From Felis catus (taxonomy: Eukaryota): a stretch of DNA of 64,000 bases. A program made the position numbers and the translations under genes. Shown here piece after piece: positions 24,931-37,661 of the stretch. A model generated the notes under the pieces. It ran no database searches and was not told the DNA's origin. It was given only the letters and a program-made list of their open reading frames with translations. The stretch is taken from positions 91,886,001-91,950,000 of the forward strand of contig NC_058368.1 of NCBI RefSeq assembly GCF_018350175.1. Direction: 5' to 3'. Numbering within the stretch: position 1 is the first letter of the stretch; each line of letters begins with the position of its first letter.

Positions 24931-27779
24931 GGGCAAGGGAGGGGCAACACCCCCTCCCTTCCCTGCCTTTTCCCATGACGGGTCCTGATCCCCTGCCTGT
25001 CAGGGAATGGTGTGAGTGGCACAGAGCAGATGTCCCTCTTGGATTAGCTTGGGCTGGGCCTCCTGTTTATTTCCAGATAGTTTCACGCACATGCACATCC
25101 TGGCTGTGGCGCCTTCCCTTGTACAAACCAGGCCTTTTCCTGTGTCCCAGGGAGAAAGGCTCTTTTTGTCTGGTGGGCCAGTAATCTGGCCGAGATGCCT
25201 TCCTGCTGCTGCTGTGGCCACAAACCTGCAGACAGAGCTGACCCTGCCTGTGGGAGCCTTTGCCTGGAAAATGCCTTCAGGGTCCTGCCGTGTTTATGCA
25301 TTTCCGTTGTAATGGAATGGATTTCTCATCTCCCCCATTTCTCAGCACTGCTCTTGCACTCTGGGGAACTAGGGACCTTGGGCAGGATCCTTTTTCCATC
25401 CAGACCCTCCTTTCCCCCAAATCATCCACTCTCCCCGGCTTCCGCATCCCCAGATTCCTCCCCTGGTCCCAGCACTTCTGTACCTGGTTGTGGTGGTCTG
25501 TTCTGCACACCTGTCCTTCTCCACCAAAGCATGGGCTCTTCAGAGCAAGGCTGAACCCCTGGGCACTCAGGAGATGTCAATAAATGCTTGTTGACAGGAA
25601 GGAGGGAGGAAAGGGAAGAGGAAAAGAGAAAGAGAGATTCGTAGGCAAATGGAGAATAAAGGGTTAGGAAGCAGGAAGAGACAAGGACAAACCAATCTAA
25701 TGCTGTTTGGCTGATGCCTGTGCTAAACCTGCAGAGACAAATAAGTCTCAGAGTTCCAGAAGTTTCTGTGATTTAACAACTAGGACTTAAAAAAAAAAAA
25801 AAAAAGAAGAACTGGGACTTTAACGAATAGCCACATACTGGCTCTGTTACAATCACACAGGTCTGCCTTGCCATGTCAGTGTTAGGGTTTTTAATCTACC
25901 TTGATCCCAAGAAACCCTTTCTAAAAATTCAGTAAAAGAAGCACTTCTGGAATGGTAGAGTAAGGACTTCTGAAAATCTGCAGCAAGAATTCTAGGGGGG
26001 AAAATGGACCTTTTCAGAGTTCTGGAAATTAAAATCTGGTAACAACCCAAGAAATGTTGATTCAGTACAAATATCTTGCTAAGAACAAGGAGGTTTTAGC
26101 ATTTTAACTTGCCCATTTCCCAGCCCCATGGTAGCCTTAAAAACCATCAATCTCACAACCATGGTACCTGTGAAAAGTAGCAGCCATGGAGGAAGCAAAA
26201 CAATTTGAGGCTCCCCAAATGCTTATTCCCAAAGAATTGTCACCAGCTGTCAGCTTCCAGGAAAAGCCCATACATAGGACCTGTCTTTACTTGACCTTAT
26301 GCCGAGCTCACTGGGAAAAGCTGTATCCCAGAGTGCTTGCCAAAAACACTCAGCAGCAATTGTTTAACATTGCAGCTGCCTAAGGTAGCAATACCAGTAG
26401 GAACAAGCAAGAAACTGACACAAAAACTTGAATGAAAATCTAGGGGATGAGCCACTCAAAGGGGCTTTGAAAGGTTCCAGCGTATTCTTGGGAATCCAGA
26501 AAGCAATTGCATGTGCAGGGCTGTGTACATGTCCACCAGAGACCTGAGAGAGCCCCAATCTCTCCCTTCTGGCTGACCTCGAGGCCCTGCTCAAGCAGGA
26601 AGTAAAGGCCAAGGGTGAGTTGTAACCTGGCGGTGCACTGAAGTTGTGCTCCAACACACACACAGAGCCCCTTGGCACAGAATGGGGGACCTGTTGGGTC
26701 AAGGCATTAAAGGAAACCTCTGTCCATGCTGACCGTGAAGCTAACCAAGACAGAATTCAGTAGCTGCGCATGACAAAGAGCATACACTTTGGAGAATTGG
26801 TCCAGGAAAACCCCTCAACAAACAAAGAGCAACAACGAATCTTGGAAAGGAGGGTGGGGCTCTAATTTCCAGAGTCACCACATCAGATTATTTTAAACGC
26901 CCAGTTTTTAACAGAAAATTATGAGACACACAAAGACACAAGAAAGTACAGCAATGAAAAAGGGGGAAATGCAGACAATGAAAACTGTCTCTGAGGAATC
27001 CCAGATGCTTACTAGACAAAGATTTTATGTGGACTATTATAAATTATGTTTGAAGAACTAAAGGGAACCAACTCTAAGGAATTAAAGGAAAGCAGAAGAA
27101 TTATGTACCACCAAATGGAGAATATTAATAGACAAAAAGTATTAAAAAAAAAAAAGAACCAAATAGAAATTCTGAAGCTGTAAATTGCAATCACTGAAAT
27201 GAAAAATTCCCTGAAAAGGTTCAATAGTGGATTTGGGCTGGCAGAAGAAAGCATCAGCAAACTTGAAGATAGGTCTGTTGAGATGATCCTGTCTAAGGAA
27301 GATTAAAAAATATGAGAAAAAAATGAACAGATTCTCAGAGATCTGCGGGAAACTGTCAAGTGTGCTAATATACCCATAACAAAGGCCTGAGAAAGGGGAG
27401 AAGACAGAGAAAGAGGCAGAAGGAATATAAGAGCAACTAGTGGCCCCAAACTTCCCAAATATAAACAAAAATGTTCATCTACACATCCAAGAAGCTTGAC
27501 AAACTCCACACAGGATAAACTCAGAAGAGATCCACACTTAAGAATATCATAGCCACGCTGCCAAAAGGAAAAAATGAAGAGAGAATCTCGAATGACTCGT
27601 CACAGTAAAGGGATCCTGGATACGGTTAATAGCTGATTTCTCCTTAGAAATAATGAAAAGCATGACTCAAGAGTCAATACAGATGACATATTCAAAGTGG
27701 TGGGGAGAAAAAAACTATTAACAGAGAAATCTATAGCAAAAGTATATTGCAAAAGTGAGAGAAATTAAGACGTGTCGCG

Positions 27780-28020
27780 GGGCGCCTGGGTGGCTCCATC
27801 AGTTGAGCGTCCAACTTCAGCTCAGGTCATGATTTCGCGGTCTGTGAGTTCGAGCCCTGCGTTGGGCTCTGTGCTGACAGCTGGGAGCCGGGAGCCTGCT
27901 TCAGATTCTGTGTCTCCCTCTCTCTCTGCCCCTCCCCCACTCATGCACACTCGCTCTCTCTCTCTCTCTCTCTGTCAAAAATAAATTTTAAAAAAAACAT
28001 TAAAAAAATTTTTTAAAAAA
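27780..28020 (+). mobile_element. Can-SINE
   Basis: Typical. Confidence 0.92.
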
Positions 28021-28905
28021 AGACAGGCCTAGATAAACAAAAAATGGATAGAATTGATTTCTATCAGCCTGACTTACACGCAATAAAGGGATTCCTTCAA
28101 TCTGAAATAAAAGGACATTAGACAGTAATTGAATCCACATATAGAAATAAAGAGCTTTAGTGAGTTAGTTACATAGGTGAATATGAGAGACAGTATAAAT
28201 GAATTTTTATTTGTAACTCTTTTCTCTCTTCTGATTTAAAAGCCAGTTGCATGAAGCAATAATGATAAAACTGCTGATAGGCTTATGACACGTGAAATGG
28301 TAATTTCATAAAAGTACACTAAAAGTACAAAGAAGGAGGTAACAAACACAGCTTTATTGGAGCAAAGTATTTGTGTACAATTGAAAGTGAATTGTTACTC
28401 ATGTAAACCAGATTATTTATTAAGATGGTATTTTATAAACTCCAGGGAAACCACTAAGAAAATTATTCCAAAAATATGGCAAGGGAAACAAGGGAATTAA
28501 AATGGTACACTTATAAAATATCTATTTTTAAAAAAAGAAGCAGTAATGGAGTAATAGAGGGACAAAAAAGACAAAATATAGAGAAATTAAATAACAAATT
28601 AGCACACATAAATCCTGTCTCCTGAGCAATTACATTAAATGGAAATGGATTTTTAAAACCCCAAATACCCCAAGAAATCTGAGAAAGAAGAACAAAGCCA
28701 GAGGCATCACATGTCCTGATTTCAAACTATACTACAAAACTATAGAAATCAAAACAGTATGGTGCTGGTATAAAAATAGACACCTTTAAGCATGTAGACT
28801 AATGAATCAGAATCAAGAGTCCAGATGTAAACCCACCAACAGAACGCAAAGGTTCCAATTTTTCCACATCCTTACTAACACTTGTTCTTTTCTGATTTTA
28901 GGTTG

Positions 28906-29081
28906 GTTATTTTTAGAGACAGAGAGAGCACGTGCATGTGCAGGCAGGGGAGGGGCAGAGAGAGGGAAAGAGAGAATCCCACACTATCAGTGGAGAGCCC
29001 GACACGGGGCTTGATCCCACAAACTGTGAGATCATGACCTGAGCCAAAATCAAGAGTTGGACCCCCAACTGACTGAGCCAC
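28906..29081 (-). mobile_element. Can-SINE
   Basis: Typical body inside a minus-strand L1 piece. Confidence 0.85.
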
Positions 29082-29394
29082 TATTTTTTTTTATAGTAGC
29101 CATTCTATCTAATGGATGTAAGGTGATGTCTCATTGTGGTCTCGATTTGCGTTGCCTTAATGATTATGATGTTGAGTGTCTTTTGGTTCACACTATTTAT
29201 TTATTTATTGATTGATTGATTGATTGATTGATATAAAGAATCCACAGAAAAATTATAAAAGCTGATAAACATGGTCAGCAAGATTGCATAATACAAGATC
29301 AATATTTTAAAGCTCAATTGTATTTCTATACACTAGCAATAAAGAATGTTTAAATGAAACTAAGAAAACAATTTCCATTTACAAAAGCATGAAA

Positions 29395-29556
29395 AAGAAT
29401 AAAATACTCAGTAATGAATTTAATAAAGTATAAGCTTGTACACTGAAAACTATAAAATATTGTTGAAATAAATTTAAGAATAAAATACTCAGTAATGAAT
29501 TTAATAAAGTATAAGCTTGTACACTGAAAACTATAAAATATTGTTGAAATAAATTT
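29395..29556. repeat. Perfect 81-bp tandem duplication
   Basis: aagaataaaatactcag...gaaataaattt present twice with no mismatch seen. Confidence 0.95.
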
Positions 29557-30083
29557 AAAAAGACCTGAATAAATGGTAGGACATCCCATATTCATGGATT
29601 GGAAGATAATAGAATGTTAATATGGCAATACTCCACAAATTAATCTACAGTTTCAATGCAATCCCTATCAAAATCCCAGTTGATTTTTTTTTAGAAATTA
29701 ACTAACTGATCCTCAAATTCATATGGAAATGCAAAGCATCCAGAATAGCCAAAACACCCTGAAAAGGTAAAACAAAAGTAAAGGCCTTACACTTCCCAAT
29801 TCTAAAACTTAACACAAAGCTGCAGTATCAAGGTAGTGTGGTGTAGACATAAGACACATAGGTCAACAGAATAGAATTGAGATTCCAGAAGTAAATCCTT
29901 ACATTTACCATCACTATCTTTTACAAGAATGTGAAACAATTCAATGGTACTCGGGCAACTAAATGCACAAGAATAAAGCTGGATTTCTCCCTCACAGCAT
30001 ATAAAAATTAACTCAAAACGTGTCATAGACCTACATGTAAGAGGGAAAAGTATAAATCCTTAGAAGAAAATATAGCGGTTAAT

Positions 30084-30492
30084 GGGGCGCCTGGGTGGCC
30101 CAGTCAGTTAAGCACCCAACTCTTGGTTTAGGCCCAGGTCATGATCTCAGAGTTCGTGAGATTGAGCCCTGCATTGGGTTCTGCGCTGACAGTGCAGAGC
30201 CCGCTTGGGATTCTCTCTCTCTCTCTCTCTCTCTCAAAATGAATAAATAAACTTTAAAATAAAAAAAGAGGGGTGCCTGGGTGGCTCAGTTGCTTAAGCG
30301 TCCAACTTCGGCTCAGGTCACGATCTCACCGTTCATGTGTTTGAGCCCTGCGTCCGGCTCTGTGCTGACAGCTCAGAGCCTGAAGCCTGTTTCAGATTCT
30401 GTGTCTCCCTCTCTCTCTGCCCCTCCCCAGCTCGCATTCTGTCTTCTCTGTCTGTCTCTAAAAAATAAACAAACACTAAAAGAATTAAAAAA
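30084..30492 (+). mobile_element. Two tandem Can-SINEs (30084-30268, 30270-30492)
   Basis: Two heads and tails. Confidence 0.92.
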
Positions 30493-31923
30493 GAATACTG
30501 TAATTCTAGCCAGCGTTGGGTTTTGGTGCCTCTTCTGTGCCACTGCTGTCCCGGGCACTTTACACATGCACAGTGTGTCACTCAAGTCTTTGTAGCAGTC
30601 CAGAGAGGCAGAGATGGGGAGCATTCCTTGCCTCAGGGAGAACAGACATGTGCTCCAGATCTAGAGTTCCTCAGGGCTGGGATTCTAAAGCCTCTGTACT
30701 CCCTGATAGTACTGGCCTAATTAAATCCGGGCCGGAGACCTGAGCTAAGTGCCAGCTCTTGGACTCGTTTACCGGCTCCGGATTTGTCAACCTGCAAGCC
30801 TCATTTCATCTACCCACAAACTCGGTTTAAAAGCCCTTGGCCCACTCTGCTCCATCGGGGACAGCTCCAGAGAAGCGTGGCTGAAGACCGTTGTCTTCAT
30901 GGTGGCCAAGCCTTCCAAGGCTTCCAAGCCTCTGCCCTGGAGCAGACTGAGTGGGGAGAGGCGGAGGGCTGGTTCAGAGCCAGGCCCGTTGGAAAGAGAA
31001 GGGAGCAAGCTGAGCGGGACTTAGGAGTCCAGGCGCAACACAGAGGAGCAGGTGTGGGCTGTCCGCAGGGACGATGGCCCCAGCAGCCTCAGGCACCAAG
31101 GCCGCCCCCCACCCTCCAGTGTGTGGGCTGGGCACCTGCCAGGCTATGGGAAATATTCTTCCCACTCTCCTTTTCCAGGAATATACCCTTCGGGAAACAC
31201 TCGGGAAATGTTTATTCCCCAGAGGGACTAACAGCTCCAGGTTTGGAAAACCCTATTGGGCTACAAACATCAGTTCAGTTAAAGAGGCCACAGGATCAGT
31301 GAACCCTCTACCCTGCCCCATTTTATTTATTTCCCAAGTCATCTGGCTCTTAATTGCTCCCACATTCCTGACGGCAAAGCCAACAGATCCAGGCGATGCC
31401 TGGAACACATGTTTGCAAGCTGCACCAGAGTGGGACCGGGGCGCTGGGTGGGGCGACGCGGTCGGCTGGAGGCCCTGCAGCCAGCTTCGCTTTCTGAGCA
31501 GGGACCCCTGGACGGCCTGAGCCAAGCCCTCCGCCCTATCCATCACTCCATGACTCCAGGGGCTGCGGCCAGCACAGCCCAACCCTGTGCTGTGAAGTCA
31601 GGTGCCACGGACTTGGAAGTGGTGACGACCTGCAGGCAGGTGGGGGTCCCAGCTCTTGGGGAGCTGCCTTGCTGGCGGGGCCCACAGACAATAATCGGCA
31701 CCCAAAGAAATGGATTTAATAATTAAGGATCATGATAAGTGCTTAGATGGGAAATACCAGAGAGCCGTCATGGATGCCAGTGAGGGCAAAGGGTGAGGAG
31801 ATGTCTTCTGGTTTCATGGTCATGCAAGGCTGATGAAGCCACGGCCTGGGGATGTGGTGGATGTGAATGTCCTGAGGCCAAGGGCACGGGTGTTGATGAG
31901 AGCTGTGCAGGGGAATTTTTGTC

Positions 31924-32133
31924 TTTTTTTTTTTTTTTGTAATGTTTATTTATTTTGAGAAAGAGACAGCATGACCAGGGGAGGGGCACAGAGAGAGGGC
32001 GAGAGAATCCCAAGCAGGCTCCACACTGCCCGCACAGAGCCAGACGTGGGGCTCGAACTCGCAAACCGTGAGATCATGACCTGAGCCAAAATCAAGAGTC
32101 GGACGCTTAACCGACTGAGCCACCCAGACTCCC
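31924..32133 (-). mobile_element. Can-SINE (full length)
   Basis: Typical; degenerate TSD containing cagggg. Confidence 0.92.
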
Positions 32134-32951
32134 CTATACAGGGGCGTTTTGATGTCACTCCACGTGCATGGGAAACCCTGGAAGCGTTGGGCATTTTTAA
32201 GAGGCCCCCACTCATTGGCAGGTTGCAGTGCCCAGAAGAGGCCAGTTCGGAGGCTGTGGGGGTAGTGCCGATGTGAAGCAATGGTGGCCTGTGATGCGGT
32301 GCCAGTAGGGCCCAAGAGAGGTGGCGGCTGGTTTGTTTCAGAGACTCACAGATGGGCTACATGTGACCTGTCCACCAGTGATAAGCTCCTTCTCTGGAAT
32401 GCCACCACCCCCACTCTGGCCACCCCTCTGCAGACCTGGATGGTGTCCTGAGCTTGGGGTCCCACAAGGCTGCTTCTAACCTGGGCTGCGCCCTCACCAC
32501 CGTGGTGACCTCAGACGAGCCACGCACCCGCCCAGGGACCCCGGGGAACGCTCAGTCAACATCAGAGTTCTGTCTGCCAAAGCAGTTTCCCTCCGCCCCC
32601 TTTGTTAGGCTCAGAGTCAGACAGCCTGGCTTCTGCCCAGATCAACGGCAGCCTTTCTGAGCCTGTTTCTCATGGTAACATGTGCCCAGTGAGGAGGCAG
32701 CAGGGATTAAATGAGACGGTTGAGGAAAACAGCATAGCTCCCAACACTCATGAGGACTCATGAGTGAGTGATGGTTATGCTAACAGTGCCTTCTCCTGGG
32801 CTGTACCTCCAGCCAGACCCGGGGTGCATACTCAGAACCTCCAGGCTCTCAGAATGATAATCCCAGTCTAAGCTATTTTAGAGGGAGCTTAGAGGTGAGT
32901 GTGAGAAACGGCAGCCGAAGCTGGAAGACCAGACAAAAAAACACAGACCTG

Positions 32952-33440
32952 GGGGCGCCCAGGTGGCTCAGTCGGTTCAACACCTGACTTCGGCTCAGGT
33001 CACAATCTCACCGTTCGTGAGTTCGAGCCCCACGTCGGACTCTGCGCTAACAGCTCAGAGCCTGGAGCCTGCTTTGGATTCTATGTCTCCCTCTCTCTCT
33101 CTGCCCCTCCCATTTGTGCACTTGCACTCTCTCTTTCTCTCTCTCTCTCAAAAGTAAATAAACATTTAAAAATAAATAAATAAAGTAGCTTTCTTTAAAA
33201 AAAAAAAAAAAAAAAAAAAAGCACAGACCTGGGAAGCCTGAGTGGCTCAGTTAAGCGCCCAGCTTCGGCTCAGGTCATGATCTCACAGTTGATGGGTTCA
33301 AGCCCCACATAGGGCTCTGTGCTGACAGCTCAGAGCCTGGAGCCTGCTTCAGATTCTGTGTTTCCCTCTCTCTCTGCCCCTCCCCTGCTCATGCTATGTC
33401 TCTCAAAAATAAATAAATATTTTTAAAAAAAATTTTTTTT
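32952..33440 (+). mobile_element. Two Can-SINEs inserted at the same target site
   Basis: cacagacct occurs before, between and after the two elements. Confidence 0.92.
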
Positions 33441-33619
33441 AAACACAGACCTTACTCCAGCCATTTTCAGTTAAAGTTTATGGCCATTGCTGACTTTGGT
33501 AAGCCACACACAAGTATCCAGTGATGTGAAAGAGCTCCATGCTGAAAAGTTAGTCTCTCCCTGCCACTTCTGTTCTCCTGCCATTTGGTTCCCCTACTCG
33601 GAGGCAACCTGGTGACCAC

Positions 33620-33857
33620 TGTCTTCAGTCTTATGGTCATGGAAGGCTGATAAAGCCGGGGCCGTGGTGGACGTGAATATCCTGAGGCCAAGGGCACAGG
33701 CATTAATGCGGTACGGGCCACGCAGGAGAGCTGTGGGGGGGGATTTTTGTCTTTTTTTTTTTTGTAATGTTTATTTATTTTGAGAGGGAGAGAAAGAGAG
33801 AGCACAAGCAGAGGAGGGGCAGAGAGAGAGGGAGAGAGAATCCCAAGCAGGCTCTAC
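33620..33857. repeat. Diverged local copy of 31802-32024 (unique flank plus SINE tail half)
   Basis: Shared atggtcatg.aaggctgat.aagcc, gtgaat.tcctgaggccaagggcac and gagagctgtg...tttttgtc(t)n gtaatgtttatttattttgaga. Confidence 0.88.
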
Positions 33858-33980
33858 TTTCTGTGTCCACACCAGAGATGTACCATGTTTATACAAACAA
33901 AAGCCTACCAGGTTTTCTTCTTAGCACAATGGCTGCATAGTAATGTACTGTTCCATACCTTTTTAAAGATGTAACAATAT

Positions 33981-34418
33981 GGGGCGCCTGGGTAGCTCAG
34001 TTGGTTGAGTATCCAACTCTTGATTTCGGCTCAGGTCATGATCCCAGGGTCACGGGATTGAGCCCCTTGTCAGGCTCCATGCTGAGTGTGGAGCCTGCTT
34101 AAGATTCTTCATCCCTCTGCCCCTCTCCCCTGCTCATGTGCACTCTTTCTCTCTAAAATAAAAATAAAAAATGAAAAAGAGGAGGGGGCACCTGTGTGGC
34201 TCAGTCAGTTAAGCGTCCAACTTCGGCTCAGGTTATGATCTCGAGATTCATGAATTCAAGAACCACGTTGGGCTGTGAGCTGACAGCTCAGAGCCTGGAG
34301 TCTGCTTCAGATTCTGTGTCTCCCTCTCTCTGCCCCTCCTCTGCTCATACTCTGTCTCTCAAAAATAAATAAACGTTTAAAAATTTTAATAAATTAAAAT
34401 TTTTAATAAAAATAAAAA
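33981..34418 (+). mobile_element. Two tandem Can-SINEs (33981-34178, 34185-34418)
   Basis: Outer TSD atgtaacaatat. Confidence 0.9.
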
Positions 34419-34524
34419 TGTAACAATATGCCTTGGAGATCGTTCCCATTAGAGCATATAGAATCACATTAGTCTTTTTACAACTGCATAATAGTCCATT
34501 TAAGGTTGCCCTGTACCATCCTTT

Positions 34525-34906
34525 TTTTTTTTTTTTAATTTACATCCAAATTAGTTAGCATATAGTGCAACAATGATTTCAGGAGTAGATTCCTTAATGT
34601 CCCTTACCCATTTAGCCCATCCCTCCTCCCACAACCCCTCCAATAACCCTCTGTTTGTTCTCCATATTTAAGAGTCTCTTCTGTTTTGTCCCCCTCCCTG
34701 TTTTTATATTATTTTTGTTTCCCTTCCCTTATGTTCACTGTTCTGTGTCTTAAGGTCCTCATATGAGTGAAGTCATATGATATTTGTCTTTCTCTGACTA
34801 ATTTCACTTAGTATAACACCCTCTAGTTCCATCTACATAGTTGCAAATGGCAAGATCTCATTCTTTTTGATTGCTGAGTAATACTCCATTATATATATAT
34901 AATATA

Positions 34907-34947
<41 letters not shown>

Positions 34948-36309
34948 ACATCTTTCTTTACCCATTCATCCATCGATGGGCATTTGGGCTCTTTCCATAC
35001 TTTGGCTATTGTTGATAGTGCTGCTGTAAACATTGGGGTGCATGTGTTCCTTTAGAACAGCACACCTGTATCCCTTGGATAAATAGCTAGTAGTGCAATT
35101 GCTGGGTCATAGGGTAGTTCTATTTTTAGTTTTTTGAGGAACCTCCATACTGTTTTCCAGAGTGGCTGCACCAGCTTGCATTCCCACCAGCAATGCAAAA
35201 GAGATCCTCTTTCTCCACATCTTCACCTGAGTTGTTAATGTGAGCCATTCTGACAGGTGTAAGGTGGTATGTCATTGAACTTTTAATTTGTATTTCCCTG
35301 ATGATGAGTGATGTTGAGCATTTTTTCATGTGTCTATTAGCCATCTGGATGTCTTCTTTGGAGAAGTGTCTATTCATGTCTTTTGCCCATTTCTTCACTG
35401 GATTAGTTGTTTTTGGGTGTTGAGTTTGATAAGTTCTTTATAGATTTTGGATACTAACCCTTTATCTGATATGTCATTTGCAAATACCTTCTCCCATTCT
35501 GTCGGTTGTCTTTTTGTTTTGCTGTTTGTTTCCTTCGCTTTGCAGAAGCTTTTTATTTTGATGAGATTCCAGTAGTTCATTTTTGCTTTTGTTTCCGTTG
35601 CCTCCGGAGACGTGTTGAGTAAGAAGTTGCTGCGGCCAAGGTCAGAGAGGTTTTTGCCTGCTTTCTCCTCGAGGATTTTGATGCTTCCTGTCTTACATTG
35701 AGATCGTTTATCCATTTTGAGTTTAGTTTTGTGTATGGTGTAAGAAAGTGGTCCAGGTTCATTCGTCTGCATGTCGCTGTCCAGTTTTCCCAGCACCACT
35801 TGCTGAAGAGACTGTCTTTATTCCATTGGCTATTCTTTCCTGCTTTGTCAAAGATTAGTTGGCCATACATTTGTGGGTCCATTTCTGGGTTCTCCATTCT
35901 GTTCCATTGTTCTGAGTGTCTGTTCTTGTGTCAGTACCATTATGTCTTGAAGATTACAGCTTTGTAGTATAGCTTGAAGTCCGGGATTGTGATGCCTTCT
36001 GCTTTGGTTTTCTTTTTCAAGATTGCTTTGGCTATTCGGGGTCTTTTCTGGTTCCATACAAATGTTAGGATTATTTGTTCTAACTGTGAAGAATGCTGGT
36101 GTTATTTTGATAGGGATTGCATTGAATATGTAGATTGCTTTGGGTAGTATCAACATTTTAACAATATTTGTTCTTTCTATCCAGGAGCATGGAATCTTTT
36201 TCCATTTTTTTGTGCCTTCTTTAATTTCTTTCATAAACTTTCTATAGTTTGTAGTGTATAGATTTTTTTCACCTCTTTGGTTAGATTTATTCCTAGGTAT
36301 TTTATGGCT
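34525..36309 (-). mobile_element. 5'-truncated carnivore L1 (about 1.8 kb), frameshifted ORF2 C-terminus plus 3' UTR
   Basis: TSD tgtaccatccttt at 34512-34524 and 36310-36322; ORF pieces [62 protein letters not shown]; internal (TA)n at about 34888-34944. Confidence 0.95.
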
Positions 36310-36473
36310 TGTACCATCCTTTCTTTACACAGTTTCATTGTGCTGTTTCTAATTATTGGCCATCACAAATAGTTCTGCTATGAATATTTTTATATACCTG
36401 TCCTTTTACATATACGTTAATGCATCTACAGAATACATTCCTAGAAGGATCATTGCAGAAATTGACACATACA

Positions 36474-36475
36474 TT

Positions 36476-36514
<39 letters not shown>

Positions 36515-36554
36515 TTTTAGAGAGAGAAAGAGTGCATGCATAAGCGGCAGGCAG

Positions 36555-36597
<43 letters not shown>

Positions 36598-36720
36598 TTA
36601 AACAGGCTCCATTCTCAGCACAGAGCCCAACTCGGGGCTCAATTCCACGACCCCAGAATCATAACCCAAACCAAAATCAAGAGTCAGATGCTCAACTGAC
36701 TGAGCCACCCAGGCATCCCC
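36474..36720 (-). mobile_element. Can-SINE with (TTTA)n tail and (GA)n
   Basis: Typical. Confidence 0.88.
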
Positions 36721-37152
36721 GCACGTGCATTTTGAGTCCTAATTAGCACTGCCAAATCAGACTCTGCTGGGATTATAGTTTTAACCTTCTTTACTTATAT
36801 TATGAATGAAAATTTGCTTTTGTTTCATATATTTAGAAGCTATTTATGTTTTCTGTGAACTGTCCCCTCATATCTTTGACCATTTTTCTAATAAGTTGTT
36901 GATGTTTTTAGGGTTAATTGGTAGGAGCATTTTTGTGTCAAGGTATATCGGCCTTTGTGACATGAGTCAGAAATAGTTTTCCCCGTGGCTTTTGTCTTTG
37001 CTTCCAGTGCTTTGTGCCTTGTTAGACATTTTTTGTTTTTATATGGTTGACTCAGACTTTTATTTTATGGCTTCTGGATTATGAACTGTAGTTGGAAAAA
37101 CCTTCCCCTCTCCACGGTTAGAAAGGAATTTTCCTCTAGGATTTAAAAAAAA

Positions 37153-37356
37153 TTTTTTTTTAATCTTTATTTATTTTTGAGAGAGAGAACGTGAGCAGGG
37201 GAGAGGCAGAGAGAGAGGGAGACACAGAATCCAAAGAAGGCTCCAGGCTCTGAGCTGTCAGCATAGAGCCCAACATGGGGCTTGAACCTACAGACCCCAA
37301 GATCATGACTTGAGCCGAAGTTGGACACTTAACCGACTGAGCCACCCAGGCGCCCC
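37153..37356 (-). mobile_element. Can-SINE
   Basis: Typical; TSD ctaggattt. Confidence 0.92.
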
Positions 37357-37361
37357 TAGGA

Positions 37362-37661
37362 TTTTTTTTTTAATTGAGGTATCATTGCCACACAGTGTTA
37401 CATGAGTTTCAGGTGCACAACCCAGTGATTCAACTTCTCTATATACGTTATGCTGTGCTCATGACAAGTATAACTACCCTCTGTCACCATACGACAATAT
37501 TACTGTGTCATTGACTATATTCCCTATGCTGTACTTTTCATCCCTGTGACTTAGTCATTCCATAACTGGAAGCCTGTATCTCTCACTCCCCTTCACCCAT
37601 TTTTCCCACCCCCCTCTCACTTCTGGCAACCACCAGTTTGTTCTCTGTATTCGTGGGTCTG
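37362..37661 (-). mobile_element. L1 3' fragment (carnivore/laurasiatherian type)
   Basis: ttaattgaggtatc...ttgactatattccctatgctgtac; flanked by ttttcctctaggattt at about 37129 and 37662. Confidence 0.8.

Larger units (their letters stand above)
25900..30080 (+). mobile_element. Ancient, fragmented L1M element (5' UTR, ORF1-like and ORF2 relics)
   Basis: A-rich L1 motifs aaagaaccaaatagaaattctg, gaagaaagcatcagcaaacttgaagatagg, catggattggaaga, tcaatgcaatccctatcaaaatccc. Confidence 0.8.

Noticed and set aside
34833..36234. L1 ORF2-like ORFs as a functional gene
   Set aside because: Fragmented across frames in a 5'-truncated, dead L1
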